64,000 nucleotides of DNA from Octopus sinensis. Lineage: Eukaryota. Below, piece after piece: positions 1-58,495 of the stretch (within the stretch, counting starts at the first letter, position 1; the number at the start of each line of letters is the position of its first letter). A program made the translations under genes and the position numbers. The notes below the pieces were generated by a model. The model worked only from the letters and a program-made list of their open reading frames with translations, searched no databases and had not been told where the DNA came from. The DNA is taken from positions 29,760,001 to 29,824,000 of the forward strand of contig NC_043007.1 in the NCBI RefSeq assembly GCF_006345805.1. Reading direction: 5' to 3'.

Positions 1-273
1 AAACAAGAAAGCACAAAAAAAACACAACAACGCGAGGACGTGGAACAAATAAAGTATTATTGGACGCTCAGGAAAGAAGGAAAGAAGGAGGGTTTAACAT
101 TTCGAGCGGAGCTCTTCGTCGGAAACATAGGAGAAGGAAAGATCCAGAGAAGTGAAGACAGAGGGAAAAAAATCGCCAGCGGTACACACGCGGTTACATT
201 TTGAATGACCGGAAGGAATATATATATATAATATATATATATATAAAATTTATATACTATATGTATATATATA

Positions 274-319
<46 letters not shown>

Positions 320-321
320 TA

Positions 322-667
322 TAATTTATATACTTATATGTATGTATGTGTGTTACACATATACACACAGGCACACATATTTATCCATCCATACATACAT
401 GCATATATATATATACAGAGACAAGTGAGAGAAGGATAGGGGGAGGGAGAAGGGGATAGAGTGAGGTGTATCAGTATTTGATCAATTCTTTACGTTTGTG
501 CGAGTGTCTGTTTATAGAGAAGATGTATGCAATCGGTTTCTGCTAGCGTAGCATTTCTATATATTTATTGTGTTGATATAAATTGATATGTTTGTAGTGT
601 AAACTGGTACTTATAAAAACAAGAATGTTGCACTGTATATGTGTGTGTGTATCTATAAATATATATG

Positions 668-699
<32 letters not shown>

Positions 700-1471
700 C
701 TACACACATTTTTTTCTCTCCTTGTTCTCTCCTTGTTTCTTTTTTGTGTCCCTTTCTGTTGAAGAGCGTAGGCTCGAAACGTAAAAGACATTTTCTATTC
801 CTGAGCGTTATACTAATACATCTGTTTGTTTTGTACACCACCTGTCTTCGTCTTCTTTTTTTCGTAAACTCTCCCCATATATATATATATTATATATATA
901 TATATATATAACTATATATATAATTTATATACTTATATGTATGTATGTGTGTTACACCATACACACAGGCACACATATTTATCCATCCATACATACATGC
1001 ATATATATATAACAGAGACAAGTGAGAGAAGGATAGGGGGAGGGAGAAGGGGATAGAGTGAGAGGTGTATCAGTATTTGATCAATTCTTTACGTTTGTGC
1101 GAGTGTCTGTTTATAGAGAAAGATGTATGCAATCGTATTTCTGCTAGCGTAGCATTTCTATATATTTATGTGTTGATAAATTGATATGTTTGTATGTGTA
1201 AACTGGTACTTATAAAAACAAGAATGTTGCACTGTATATGTTTTGTGTGTATCTATAAATATATATGCAAATATATATATATATAATATATATATATCTA
1301 CACCATTTTTTCTCTCCTTGTTTCTCTCCTTGTTTCTTTTTTGTGTCCCTTTCTGTTGAAGAGCGTAGGCTCGAAACGTAAAAGACATTTTCTATTCCTG
1401 AGCGTTATACTAATACATCTGTTTGTTTTGTACACCACCTGTCTTCGTCTTCTTTTTTTCGTAAACTCTCC

Positions 1472-1477
<6 letters not shown>
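322..1477 (+). repeat. Tandem duplication of a ~600-bp unit (322-880 and 921-1477)
   Basis: Near-identical copies differing mostly by small indels; the ORF track shows twin peptides MSFTFRAYALQQKG; a related single copy lies at 61380-61530. Confidence 0.85.
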
Positions 1478-1551
<74 letters not shown>

Positions 1552-1782
1552 ATATATATATGTATATATATATATACATAGATACCTATATATATTTACG
1601 TATATATTTATACATACATATTTATATATGTGTATGTGTATATATAAATATATATATATATATACACGCACATATATATGTTAGTGTGTACGCGTGTGTA
1701 TGTGTGTAGAAATTTATGTGTGTGTGTGATTCTCTGAATTAAAATTTTATACTATTCTTATTCATACATACATACTGATACG

Positions 1783-2585
1783 CATAGACATGGCAGAAGT
1801 AAATAGACACTCTTTTTATCATTAAAATTTTATCTAACTTTGTGTTTCCCTCACACTCCACCAGCTCTGATCGACCATCACTCCAGATTGCTCTCCAGAT
1901 CATCACAGAATAACTGCCGTGTTTCATTGTTGACTGCAATCTTTTCACATGAATTTCTTGATCACAGAATCCCCAAAGCCACACTCGACCAGTGTCAGGA
2001 AATACAGCAAATCCGGACTCATCAGAGAATATGACAGTGTCCCAAAATACTAGTGACCTCTCCACCATCTCACTGGCTCAATCTTTTCTCTGCTTTATAT
2101 TGATTGGTTGAGGAAGTGGCTTCCTTCTTGCTGCTCTGCCATAGAAAGCCAGCTTTGTGAAAATGCCTGACAGCTGTTCTGGGACTGACATCAATATGCT
2201 TGGCTATGTCAGAGACCTTACAACGAGGATTATCCTCCACACTTCTCTTAGTGAAGGTACCTGTCAGAGAGCCCTGCTCGACCTGAGCGAGATGATGTGG
2301 GCTCCTTCGCCTCTTTAATGAATTGCATAATCTCTCTATTAAATTTACAACTTTTTCTAAGGGAATGTTTTCTACGAGTTTACATTGATTAAGTCCAACT
2401 TCAGATTGACCTACAATACGGCCGCTTAGATATTCGGAGTTCCAAGGCTTCTTTTGTACGTGGCAGGATGAAACAGTCAAGATTAGAACCTGAAATATAA
2501 ATATGTCAATTAATGAAAAACAAACCTTTTCAAGTTAAAGAAACCATGTTTTCTGGGATGTCTATTTACTTCTGTCATGTCTGTG
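1783..2585 (-). mobile_element. Internally deleted Tc1/mariner element with ~27-bp terminal inverted repeats
   Basis: FWDTVIFSDESGF...VMIWRAIWSDGRSEL DDE fragment and VSPRTAVRH HTH-like fragment; TIRs CA(T/C)AGACATG(G/A)CAGAAGTAAATAGACA at 1783-1809 and 2559-2585. Confidence 0.85.
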
Positions 2586-3575
2586 TGTGTGTGTATACAT
2601 ACATACATACATACATACATACATACATACATACATACATACACACACGTACACACATACACACGCACACATACACACACATATATATATATATGAGTAA
2701 AAGAGGCAGATAAAAATTGGCGTACTGAGTTTATTTATATGAAAAGTTGCGAATACAAATAAACAAAAGAATGACTGAATAGTCTTATCTTGACAGCTGT
2801 TTCGGATGAATAATAACGGGCGCCATAACTATGAATATCATGTAATAAGTCGTAGTTGCATGGAATAACACGAATTTTTAGAGATGCATGTTGCAAAATC
2901 ATGTTATTGTCACCAGAAGATTCTGGCTATTCGCAAGAACCTTCTGACGAGGTGTTTATAAATATATATGTCGATGTGAGGCTAGATAAGAGAGTTAGAT
3001 TTGGGGGTAAAAAGAGAGACATTGGGGCAAAGTTGGGATGCAAATGAAGAATAAAGTGTTTAGAAGACTTGAGTTGACGACATCAAGAAAAAAAGAGATA
3101 AAATAGAACATAAAGATGAAATGGGGAACAGGATGAAATGAGAAAACATTTGTAGGAGATGCCTGGCGTTAAAAAGCAGTCGAGGTAGAGAGAAATGGGT
3201 GCTACGTAGTGAATAATGATCGGTTGCAGAGATAAGAAAAGAAGGGAAATGTAAAGGTGACGCAAACAATGGGCCGATCGCACAGATCAGTTGAGTTGTA
3301 GAGAGAGGGCGGGTGATGTACTGATGGAGTTCATCCGAAACAGCTGTAAAGACAAAACTATTAGATCAGTTCTTTCTTTTGTTTATTTACCTTTTTTTCA
3401 CTTACACATCCGCTCAACGGAAATCGGTCTTATAGCTGACTTCCTACATCAGAACTGCCTATTCTTGATGAAGTCGTTGCCATTTTAATTTTAGATTTTT
3501 CTTAACTACTGGTGGCTATACTACGCTTGCTTTAGCGTCTTCATCACATTCTATATTTATAGGCATATATGCATT

Positions 3576-3633
<58 letters not shown>

Positions 3634-3878
3634 AAAATGAGGTAATCAGATCGGATGGTTCATATTTGTAGATATTTATTTATATATTACATTTTTTACA
3701 TATATATCATATCATTCAGATCATATCATTCGGATTAGCGCTTTCTCCCAATCTAGTGGGGTTTTCAAATCAAATCAATTGTGGGGAATTTGAACATTTT
3801 ATAGTTTCGTAGTAGTGCGGAGGAATAAGAAAGTATAAGAGGGTGAGGAGGAAGTGAGACAGAGAAAACATGTATATA

Positions 3879-3954
<76 letters not shown>

Positions 3955-4360
3955 TATTTACAAACATACAAACATACCACACACACACACACACACCACA
4001 CACACACACACATGATCGACAAGACTATCGGATGTTGTTCCAATGCGCCACTCGATCCGGAAATCGATCGTGAGTACAACACCCTAACCACGTGGTCACA
4101 CACCTTCACACGTATATATATAAGTAAATAAATGGAGTTGAATGAAACATAGGTCGAAAGTAAAAGAATTTTAATGACATCTTCGTTCAACTCCATTTAT
4201 TTACTTATAATACACAAATTACTGCACATTCACCCGGAGATCCTACCTTTGAATAGGTCGCTTCATCCTTGTTACTTGCGTGAATTTTGCTACCCTGGTA
4301 ACTGTTTATTGAATTTTCCATGTTAACGATAAACAAAGGATAATTCATTCATTCATCTAA

Positions 4361-4391
<31 letters not shown>

Positions 4392-4425
4392 CAGAGACAG
4401 AGAGAGAGAGGTATATATATATTAT

Positions 4426-4516
<91 letters not shown>

Positions 4517-4536
4517 ATATATATATCTATATATAT

Positions 4537-4571
<35 letters not shown>

Positions 4572-4656
4572 AGAGAGGTATATATATATTATATATATGG
4601 ATGTGTGTGTATGTGATTGTGTGCATGTGTGCATGTACTGTGTTCGTATGTATGTA

Positions 4657-4691
<35 letters not shown>

Positions 4692-4989
4692 TCGTACAGC
4701 AGTCATGTATTGTCAATCAGAATTTATGGTAAACATAGAAAGCGGTCGATGGACAAGTGATGTACTTTAAGTCATTCCATTCTCTTATGTACGTCGTAGG
4801 TTTCATACATGTGTGTAAAGACACCATCTGTATGCGTGTGATTGGCTGATACACACTGTCTCTCCAGCGGTGTGTGTGTGTATGTGCGTGCATGTGTGTG
4901 TGTGTATGTATGTGCGTGCATGTGTGTGTGTGTTTTTCTATCAATCTAGCTCTATATGCACGCTCCATGTATGTATGTACGTTCGCACG

Positions 4990-5285
4990 TTCGTGTGTAT
5001 GCATGTATGTATGTATGTATGTATGTATGTATGTATGTATTATGTATGTATGAATGTATGTATGTATGTATTTATGTATGTATGTATGTATGTATGTATG
5101 TATGTATGTATGTATGTATTGTATGTATGTATTATGTATTAAATGTATGTATGTATGTATGTATTATGTATGTTGTATGTATGTATGTATGTAGTATGTA
5201 TGATGTATGTATGTATGTATGTATGTATGTATGTATGTATGTATTATGTATGTATGTATGTATTATGTATGTATGAATGTATGTA
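4990..5285. repeat. (TATG)n microsatellite
   Basis: Directly visible; similar arrays at 53810-53960 and 19985-20070. Confidence 0.95.
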
Positions 5286-5444
5286 TACTTCATTTTCAGT
5301 CTATTTATTCTCTCTTTTAACAAGGGAAAACTAACAAAATTATGCCTAATTTCGCGAAACCCACCACTTCTGCCGCCCGATGAAATTCTACTCAACATGC
5401 TCAAACGCTCTGCAATCATTTACATGCTCCTATTGTGCGTTACT

Positions 5445-5563
5445 ATGGCGCTTTGTCACTACTTCCGGTGTCACGTGATTAAGCGCTTCCGTTGGCTCTA
5501 ATAACCGACATATTATGCTTTCGCTAACGTCATACGATGACGTCAGCTCTAATTGCAGATTGG
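5445..5563. promoter_or_regulatory. Dense housekeeping-type promoter motif cluster
   Basis: ATGGCG (5445), ACTTCCGG ETS (5461), GTCACGTGAT E-box (5470), GCTTCCG (5485), TGACGTCA CRE (5538) and ATTGG (5559) within ~120 bp of CpG-retaining sequence. Confidence 0.55.
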
Positions 5564-5825
5564 ATACAAGTTATACATTCTATACTCTCGACACCCTCTT
5601 AGTGTAGCAACGAAGAGAGTGGACCTGGCTTTTTATTTATACACACGCAATCAGTGTACATACGCACACACACACACACATATATACACACATTCATACA
5701 TTCGTACAGACATATATTTGTATGAATATATGAGAGGGTTTGTAAGTATGTAAGTAGATATACGTGTATTTATCAAACTGTCTATCTTTCCCTCACATAC
5801 ACACATACATACATACTTACATACA

Positions 5826-5910
<85 letters not shown>

Positions 5911-8223
5911 CATACACCCATACACCCACGTACACAGGCACACACATATACACATACACGCATTTTATATGGAAACTTATGTTACGTTTGAGTGCGTGTG
6001 TATATATATATATGTGTGTGTGTGTATGTGTGTGCGTGTGTGTGTATGATCTATGTATACAGTTTTCATAGTTTATTTGAAGCTGAAATCGTTTTAGTCG
6101 TTCCTCTGAGTTTCACGTTGCCCTTTATTCAAACGATTGGTGAAGAAAAGCAGTTTGAAAATACGTGAAACAAGATGCAAGAATTTGATTGGCTTCCAAA
6201 CATCCGTTGAAAATGCCTCATACCTTCTCTTATTCAATTTATTTTATATGCTGGTCGTGTGATATATTTATCTATTTATGCGCAAAAGCTTGCACTATTT
6301 TCATTCCTTCAGTATATGTGCTAAATACACAAAAACAAAGACTATTCTTATAGCAGTTTTTGTGTGTGTGTTTTTTTTGTATAACAGATCTATAGCGGAA
6401 GAAATATACTATTTCAACCAGTTGTCACTTCGAAATTTTTCAATAAATATTGATGACTGTGTTTTCAAGAATTCACTAAATCCGATGGGTTTTTTTTCGG
6501 CATTTCCATAAGCATTCAAAACATCTGGAAATTTTTATGCAGTGTGTTTTATTATTGAACACTCGTTTTCGGATTAGTTAATATTCTTGCTCTTTAAAAC
6601 TCCACATGTATATGGAGAGGTTGGTGGGGTACCACACTGTGTACACATGATGCGAGCTCTTTGTAACTGAGTTTTTAGCAGGCGAAATATAACAACCTAC
6701 ACTTACATAGACGCGAACATACACTATGTATATATAAATCTATACATATACAGACACGCACACGCACACATCCGCAAATTTATATAAATGCCTGCTTATA
6801 TAAATGTATGTGTGTTTTTATGTATTCAAAAGCAAAACGAAGGAAAATCTTTTTTGAAATCTTTATGGATATTTTCAGTTTTACGAAAAACTGCTCCTGA
6901 TTGCAATTGCTTAAATGACAATTTAATTAGGTTGCCAGAGAATGGAAAATAAACTGAAATAATATAAATTAAATTAATCTTTCATGAGATCACTTCTGGA
7001 AGTTTACACCACACCTAATGTAGCAGATATTATAGCTACTGTTAACACTAAGAGACTGAATACTATTAGGAATAGTTTATAAGTCAACTAAGATTAATGC
7101 TTGTGTTTCTTTTCTTATGGATTATCTCGCCCTACGTGAATTATCTCTAATGTAACATACCAAATATTCATTTCTTAAAGAACCTTTAATCCCAAAGTAT
7201 TGTACTTAATTTCAATTTAGTTGTAGTAAACATATTATCTAGAAGTGACTATAGAGGGTCGATAATCTATTATACCCACCTATCAGTACGACACACTCGT
7301 CGTTTCATTCTGCATTTAGTTGCCTTCAAATTTTTCTCTGAATTAACTTTTCTCTACGTTTCTCTTCTATTATTGTCATTTTTGATTCTGGTAGTGAATA
7401 CGTCGGAGTAGATTCCCTTTTTCTCTCTCTCTCTATTCACTGTACTAGAATACTTTTGCACCTGATGCATCTTAAGCCGTCAGGGACTGTGACATTGGCC
7501 ATTTGTACCAAATCAAAGAAGGCAATTTGATACATCACTTACCGACAATCTGCCTCTAATTAATTATCTTGATTGGGAAATATTTGACGTTTAAAACTCT
7601 GATATTGCGTTTACTGCATTGTATGTTTGTTGGAAACTAATGACACCAAATAACTTTAAGGTCTGACGAGAATGGTAGAGGACAAACTATTAATTTAATT
7701 AATTCACGAATTAATTGATTAATTACTGTATAGATTTACATAAATTTTATCTGTACAAACCGTTGTGTAAGGTGATGAAATAGTTCCTCTGGCCATTCGT
7801 AACGGTCGTAACCTTGAATAAGGTTATGCAACGACATCGTTTCCATTTTTTTCCATCTAATTGCTGATGTTGTAAAGCAAACCACCAGATTTATTTATAA
7901 GGTGAATAACTCGCCATTTGTATTGTAGACTGATTCTTGTGAGAAGTCAAATTGCATTGAAAGGGGGCAAAAAAACGTTTTCGTTTTGGTTAAGTGAGAT
8001 AAGGAAAATAATTCCAGAATTTAGATTCATGAATTTTTTTTTCGATGACCAACAAACTCTGGCAATTCAGTTCTCTGGAGAACAAGGACAAAAATAATTA
8101 TCATAAAATTAAAATTACTTCAAATTGCAGAAATATTTACAACAGCAATAATAATAATCTTTTCTGCGATAGGCACAAGGCTGAAATTTATTATTGTTAT
8201 TGTTATTATTATCATTGTTATCA

Positions 8224-8309
<86 letters not shown>

Positions 8310-8385
8310 CATTATTACTATTATTATTATTATCATTGTTATTATTGTTATTATTATTATTATCATTATTATTATTATTATTATT

Positions 8386-8665
8386 CAAAGTATAGAATAC
8401 AATATCGTGATGATGTTGACTGAAGATGTTGTGTCTGCCGGGGTTTGTACTGTTTGTCAAGTCACAAAAACGACCTCAAACAGACAGACAATTCTTTACG
8501 CAATATGCGTGCAGTTCCAATCGCTGCCGATTTTTGCAATATTCCTAGAAAGTAAGATATTTCTAAAGTTTCCAAATGTTTTTACAGCTTGGGTGGAATT
8601 GAACCCAAATGCCCCGATGACAATTGGGACAACCTTTATGCTTGATTCTCATAGCGAAAGTCAAG
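8386..8665 (-). mobile_element. R4/Dong-type 3' fragment
   Basis: KVVPIVIGAFG / SIPPKL*KHLE...LQKSAAIGTARILRK; 3' end abuts the (AAT)n array at 8190-8385. Confidence 0.75.
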
Positions 8666-8887
8666 TGCATAGTATTAAACTAACACTGGGGTATAACTAT
8701 ACGAAGCCCAATATACCCATTATGACTACCCGTCTGTTTTCCTTCTTCGATTTTTATGTCTTAGCGATTAGCTTTGATTCCTTTGTCAGGTTGTGACGTG
8801 GTCGTTGTCATGTACGTCGTTTGGCACATGTTTAGACCATTCCAACAACAACAGCAACAACAACAACAATAATAGTAAATAACCATG

Positions 8888-8893
8888 TTTATT
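8888..8893 (-). terminator. Candidate DRC7 polyadenylation signal AATAAA
   Basis: TTTATT on the plus strand about 240 nt past the DRC7 stop; not verifiable without transcripts. Confidence 0.35.
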
Positions 8894-9129
8894 TATCCAT
8901 GTTCCTAATAAAAATGATTGTTATGTTAACTGTGGTGAAATAATGAAATATTTAGCGAACTAGGCAAACTTTGGAAACATTTCATTGGATTACAAAACAT
9001 GGCGATTCCTCGAAACGAAACAAAAACAGAATGAAAATAAAATGGAAATATTTGAAGAGAAATAATCTACGGAGTCGTCTTAGCATCACAATTTCTCTTG
9101 GACGGTCTTCCTCTCAACAACGTCTGCGG

Positions 9130-53709
<44,580 letters not shown>

Positions 53710-54051
53710 GTCAAAAAACGGGGGGAGGTCTTCGCTCGTAATCCAGGAATTGAGCTATCTTCGTTAATAATTATTAGTGTGTGTGAGTGTGTATGAATGT
53801 ATGTATCTACGTATGTATGTGTGTATGTGTGTGTGTATGTATGTATGTATGTATGTATGTATGTATGTGTGTATGTGTGTGTGTATATATGTATGTATGT
53901 ATGTATATGTATGTATGTATATGTATGTATGTATGTATGTGAATGTATGTATGTATGTGAATGTGTGTTTTTTTGTATATCCACTTTTTTCTAGTATTTA
54001 TCTTATTTATATACAGGTTGTCTGGACAAGAAAAGCGCCACCATGATGTGC

Positions 54052-54064
54052 GTTGCTAAGCAAC
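54052..54064. promoter_or_regulatory. RFX X-box (GTTGCTAAGCAAC) in the shared DRC7/MCFD2-like upstream region
   Basis: Perfect palindrome about a central A, ~345 bp upstream of the DRC7 ATG, next to a CpG-rich (CG)n patch; X-boxes are typical of ciliary genes. Confidence 0.7.
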
Positions 54065-54129
54065 ACGATGCCAAGATAATTGCAGTTGAACGTGTTCTAT
54101 TTAAACAACCGATATTCTGTTATTCTGGT

Positions 54130-54192
54130 TGACGTACGCGCGCGCGCGATGCACCCTGGTGACGGAGACAGTGGGATTGTGATTCAAGGGAG
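54130..54192 (+). other. Candidate non-coding first exon of the MCFD2-like gene (donor GAG|gtaact at 54192/54193)
   Basis: Good splice donor just right of the X-box/CpG patch; acceptor candidates lie upstream of the ATG at 61758; the start coordinate is a guess. Confidence 0.35.
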
Positions 54193-55381
54193 GTAACTCC
54201 TGCATTAAATTTTTCAGGACCCGAACGACTTTTATATGACATGCTAGAAATAGCAGCGAAGTACACCTCGAAAGATATTCCAGCTTCTTAGAAAGAAGGA
54301 ATTTCAAACACATTGGATGATGTACATCATGAAATACAAAAAGCTGGGAAGGTCACATTTTCCGGTTTTGCTCAATGAATACTCACCTAGGGCTAAACAA
54401 ACAACAATAAGCGTACGAGAAGGCCGAATAAAATTATTGTTGATGTTGTTACTATTGTGTTTTAGCCCCCTACTCAGCAGATCTTTAATCAAAGACAATC
54501 CAGCTATGGCCATCCTATCTAATTTAAGACTTCATTATTTAATATAACCTTCGTTTATAGGTAGGTTTAGTTGATGCTTCTTGCAGGTCAAACGACCGTG
54601 TAGAAGCTCTCAAGATTTTGATGATGGCGACCACAGTGGAGACAGACAAGGTGGACTTAGTCAATATGAGAACTTGTACATCTCTGTACAGTAGCCTATG
54701 TGGCTAATGCGGTTCTGGTTGTAGTATATGTGTCTATTGTGTTAACTGATAATAGTAGTAGTAGTAGTAAAGTTGGGGGTTGATTGTTGTTCTTGTTTAA
54801 GCCCATGTTGACCCTGATCAAAACAGACTTGTGTTTAAAGTCAATCCAACCATGATCATCCCGTCCTTTATTTTCAAACATTATCCTCTGTGTTCTATTT
54901 TAAAATAACGTGTGTTATTCAAGGAAAATTTAGCTGCTATTTCTAGCAAGTTGTGATTATAGTTCAGTCTAAATCTGATGTTTGCGACCCAGTGGGTGTG
55001 TGGTGCACCTTCGTTGTAACAGGCCCCTCAAGTCCCAAACAGATTGGTAGGAATGGAACTTTCAAGACATTCTGCTTTTCCCTAGTTCCTGGAATTAAAA
55101 AATCCCTTCTTCCCTCAAGTCAGAATTAATGAAAGTTTTGGGCTCTCCTCCTTTATTTCTTGGAAATAATCAACAGGTACCCGAGCATGCTCTTTCTCTC
55201 TCTCTCTCTCTCTCTGTCCTCTCTCTCTCCCTCTCTCTCTGAATATCAGAATATTATATGAGAGAAAAAATTGCATGCTGTAAAAAATGAAAATCAGGTC
55301 CTAAAAGTTCCTCATAGAAGCACCTAAAACTTGAAGGATGTGTCGGTTTGACTCTAAGAAATAATGGTATGTGTGTGTGTG

Positions 55382-55453
<72 letters not shown>

Positions 55454-55488
55454 TGTGTGTATGTATATGTATATATATGTATGTGTGT

Positions 55489-55790
55489 GGAGGTGCAATG
55501 GCCCAGTGGTTAGGGCAGCGGACTCGCGGTCGTAGGATCGCGGTTTCGATTCTCAGACCGGGCCTTGTGAGTGTTTATTGAGTGAAAACACTTAAAAAAA
55601 ACTTCACGAGGCTCCGGCAGGGGGTGGTGGTGATCCCTGTTGTACTCTTTCACTACAACTTTCGCTCACTCTTTCTTCTGTTGGCCTGCTCGCTTAGCCA
55701 GCGGGGGTGGCGTCATTTGAAGGCTAAAACAATGCAAAGCGCATTGTGACCAGCGATGTGTAGCAACATCTGATAGCCTGGTCGATCACG

Positions 55791-55795
<5 letters not shown>
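55489..55795 (+). mobile_element. tRNA-headed SINE family B, ends CACGGTGAT(AT)n
   Basis: TGGCCCAGTGGTTAG...GGTTTCGATTC head; reverse copy at 23238-23471. Confidence 0.72.
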
Positions 55796-55829
<34 letters not shown>

Positions 55830-57586
55830 ATATGTTGTGCTTGAGAAGACTCATAAAGCCAAGTGAAACCGTAATCATGGCCATTGCTAGTGTCACGTAA
55901 ATGGCACTCATGTCGGTGGCATGTGAAAGAAGCCATTACACCCTTGGTGTTGTTGTTGGTGTTAGGAAAGGCATCCAGCTGTAGAAAACCCACGCCAAAT
56001 CACATTGGAATGTGGTGCAACTCTCCATCTTACCAGTTCCATGCCAGCATGGAAAGCATACATTAAATGATGATGATGATGATGATATATTGCACTTAGA
56101 ATAGATTTTGTGTGAGAAGGTTGAATGCTGTTATTTCTCATGAGATGATAAAAGTAAAAAAGAAAAAAACCTTCTTGAGTCATTCCAACTTACAAGGGCC
56201 ATTTTCCTGGTTTCCATAACATATGTGTTACCCACCTGAATGGGATGCTGGTCCATCGCAGGATTACTCATTTTTTTGGCGGCTAAGTGGACTGGAGTGA
56301 CATAAAATTAAATGTTTCACTCAAGAACACGTGTTGCCTGGTCCGGGAATCGAAATCACCATCTTATGATCATGAGTCCAATACCTTAACCACTTAACCA
56401 CACTTCTTACATGGATTCCTATATCAACTCTTGTTTATATCACTGACAAGTGATAACCGTCCACCACGGCTGCTGGAACTGTCAGGTGACACGACTTCAC
56501 CGTTCCTTGAGCTTCTCAGTAACAGAAATCCAGAAGAGACAACAGATGCTTCCTCCATCAAATGTTATATAAAATATCTCAGTGTCTATTCGGTCACTGG
56601 TGCCACAAACAACCTGCGAGCTTATCAAAAAGTTAATCAACAGCGACGGAAGCTTGGTTATTACCAAAACGTAATCCTTAAAGCGAATGTTGTGTCGGGA
56701 CACGACGTCCCTTTTATTTATGTTTCCTTTTAAAATCAAGTCAGAAGTTATGTAGGACATTGGGGAAAATTGTAATTTTTTCGGATCAAAATGGTTTAAT
56801 CTTTGTAGATTAAGAAGCAGCAAAAAGAAAAAAAAAAGTAAATAAAATGCCTCTCCACATTTACAATCACCAGCACAACAACAACAACAACAGCAAACCA
56901 GTTCTCTTGACGCTGCTCACATCTTCCAGGTTAACCCCCCCCCCACACACACACCTCATCTGTCAGATTCGTTTTGACATCTTAACATACCTTGGCAGTG
57001 AGAATTACCTGAGAAAATTACTGACAATTGATGTATAGGTGGTGGTGTTGGTGGTGGCGGTAGAGGTATGATAGTGGACTTGGTAGAGGGGTTAATATTG
57101 TTAATAATCATGCTGGTGGTGGTGATGGTGGTGGTGGTACTACTGCTGCTGCTGCTGTTAATGGTGGTAGTGGCAGTGGTGGTTACTGTATGGCCAGACA
57201 CTCAGTCAGCCCAGATCAACATCACGGACACACAGACACACAGACACTCAGTGGGATGGAAGACACAAAAAGTAAGATTCTAATTGATTTCATTCTCTTT
57301 ATTCATTTTTAACTGTGTATTCTGGTGTATATGTACATACACACACACACACATACATACATATAGATAGATAGATACATGCATGCATGCACGCACAAAC
57401 ACACACAAATGTATGTAAAGCTATATATATATATACATACACATTTGTCTATGTATGTATATACTTATATATATGTGTATATGTATGTATGTTTGTTGCT
57501 TAATGTTGGGAAAATGAGAAAGAATACATATAGAGCATGCATACATACATATATACGTGTGTGTGTGTATATATATATATATATGC

Positions 57587-57659
<73 letters not shown>

Positions 57660-57692
57660 ATATATATATATGCAGACATATATATATACATG

Positions 57693-57723
<31 letters not shown>

Positions 57724-57922
57724 TATAAAATTAATTAATTAAATTAATAAATTAATCAATTAATTAATAATTTTACAATGTAGATTGATACGTTAAAATA
57801 ACCTTTATAGGTAAAATTATACAAATATTCTATAATTATAAACATAATTATAATTAGGGGTCAGCTAATTACTTCACCACATACCGAATTTAGAAATAGG
57901 AGTTAAAGATTCCTTTTCTACT

Positions 57923-57997
57923 TACTACTGTAAGAATCTCCCAGACAGTACCTACGTAAAAAAGAGTGTTACTGTCTGGGAGATTCTTACAGTAGTA
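57923..57997. repeat. Perfect 28-bp stem / 19-nt loop hairpin
   Basis: TACTACTGTAAGAATCTCCCAGACAGTA ... TACTGTCTGGGAGATTCTTACAGTAGTA. Confidence 0.9.
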
Positions 57998-57999
57998 CA

Positions 58000-58056
<57 letters not shown>

Positions 58057-58394
58057 GCACACACATATATGTATATGTTTTTTTTTTTATATGGCACTCT
58101 GTCGCTTATGACAACGAGGGTTCCACCTGATCTAATCAATGGAACAGCTTGCTTGTAAAATTAGTGGCTGAGTATTTCACAGACAATGTATACCCTTAAT
58201 GTAGTTCTCAGGGAGATTCAGTGTGACACAGAGTGTGACAAGGCTGGCCCTTTGAGATACAAGCACTACTCATTTTTAGTTGCTGAATAAATTGAAACAA
58301 CATAAAATAATATATATGTATATATATATATACACAGCTTGACATACATTTGCCTATGTATGTATGTAAGTATGCATGTATGTGTGTATGTATA

Positions 58395-58495
<101 letters not shown>

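Noticed and set aside
55489-55570. tRNA-like sequences here and at 14384, 26768, 47636, 51766 and 63708
   Set aside because: They have A/B-box-like motifs but no complete cloverleaf and continue into shared SINE bodies, so they are SINE heads.
56431-56823. Overlapping 100-108-aa ORFs on both strands
   Set aside because: No recognisable domain, and no splice context linking them to the MCFD2-like CDS, which already has an ATG and signal-peptide-like start at 61758.
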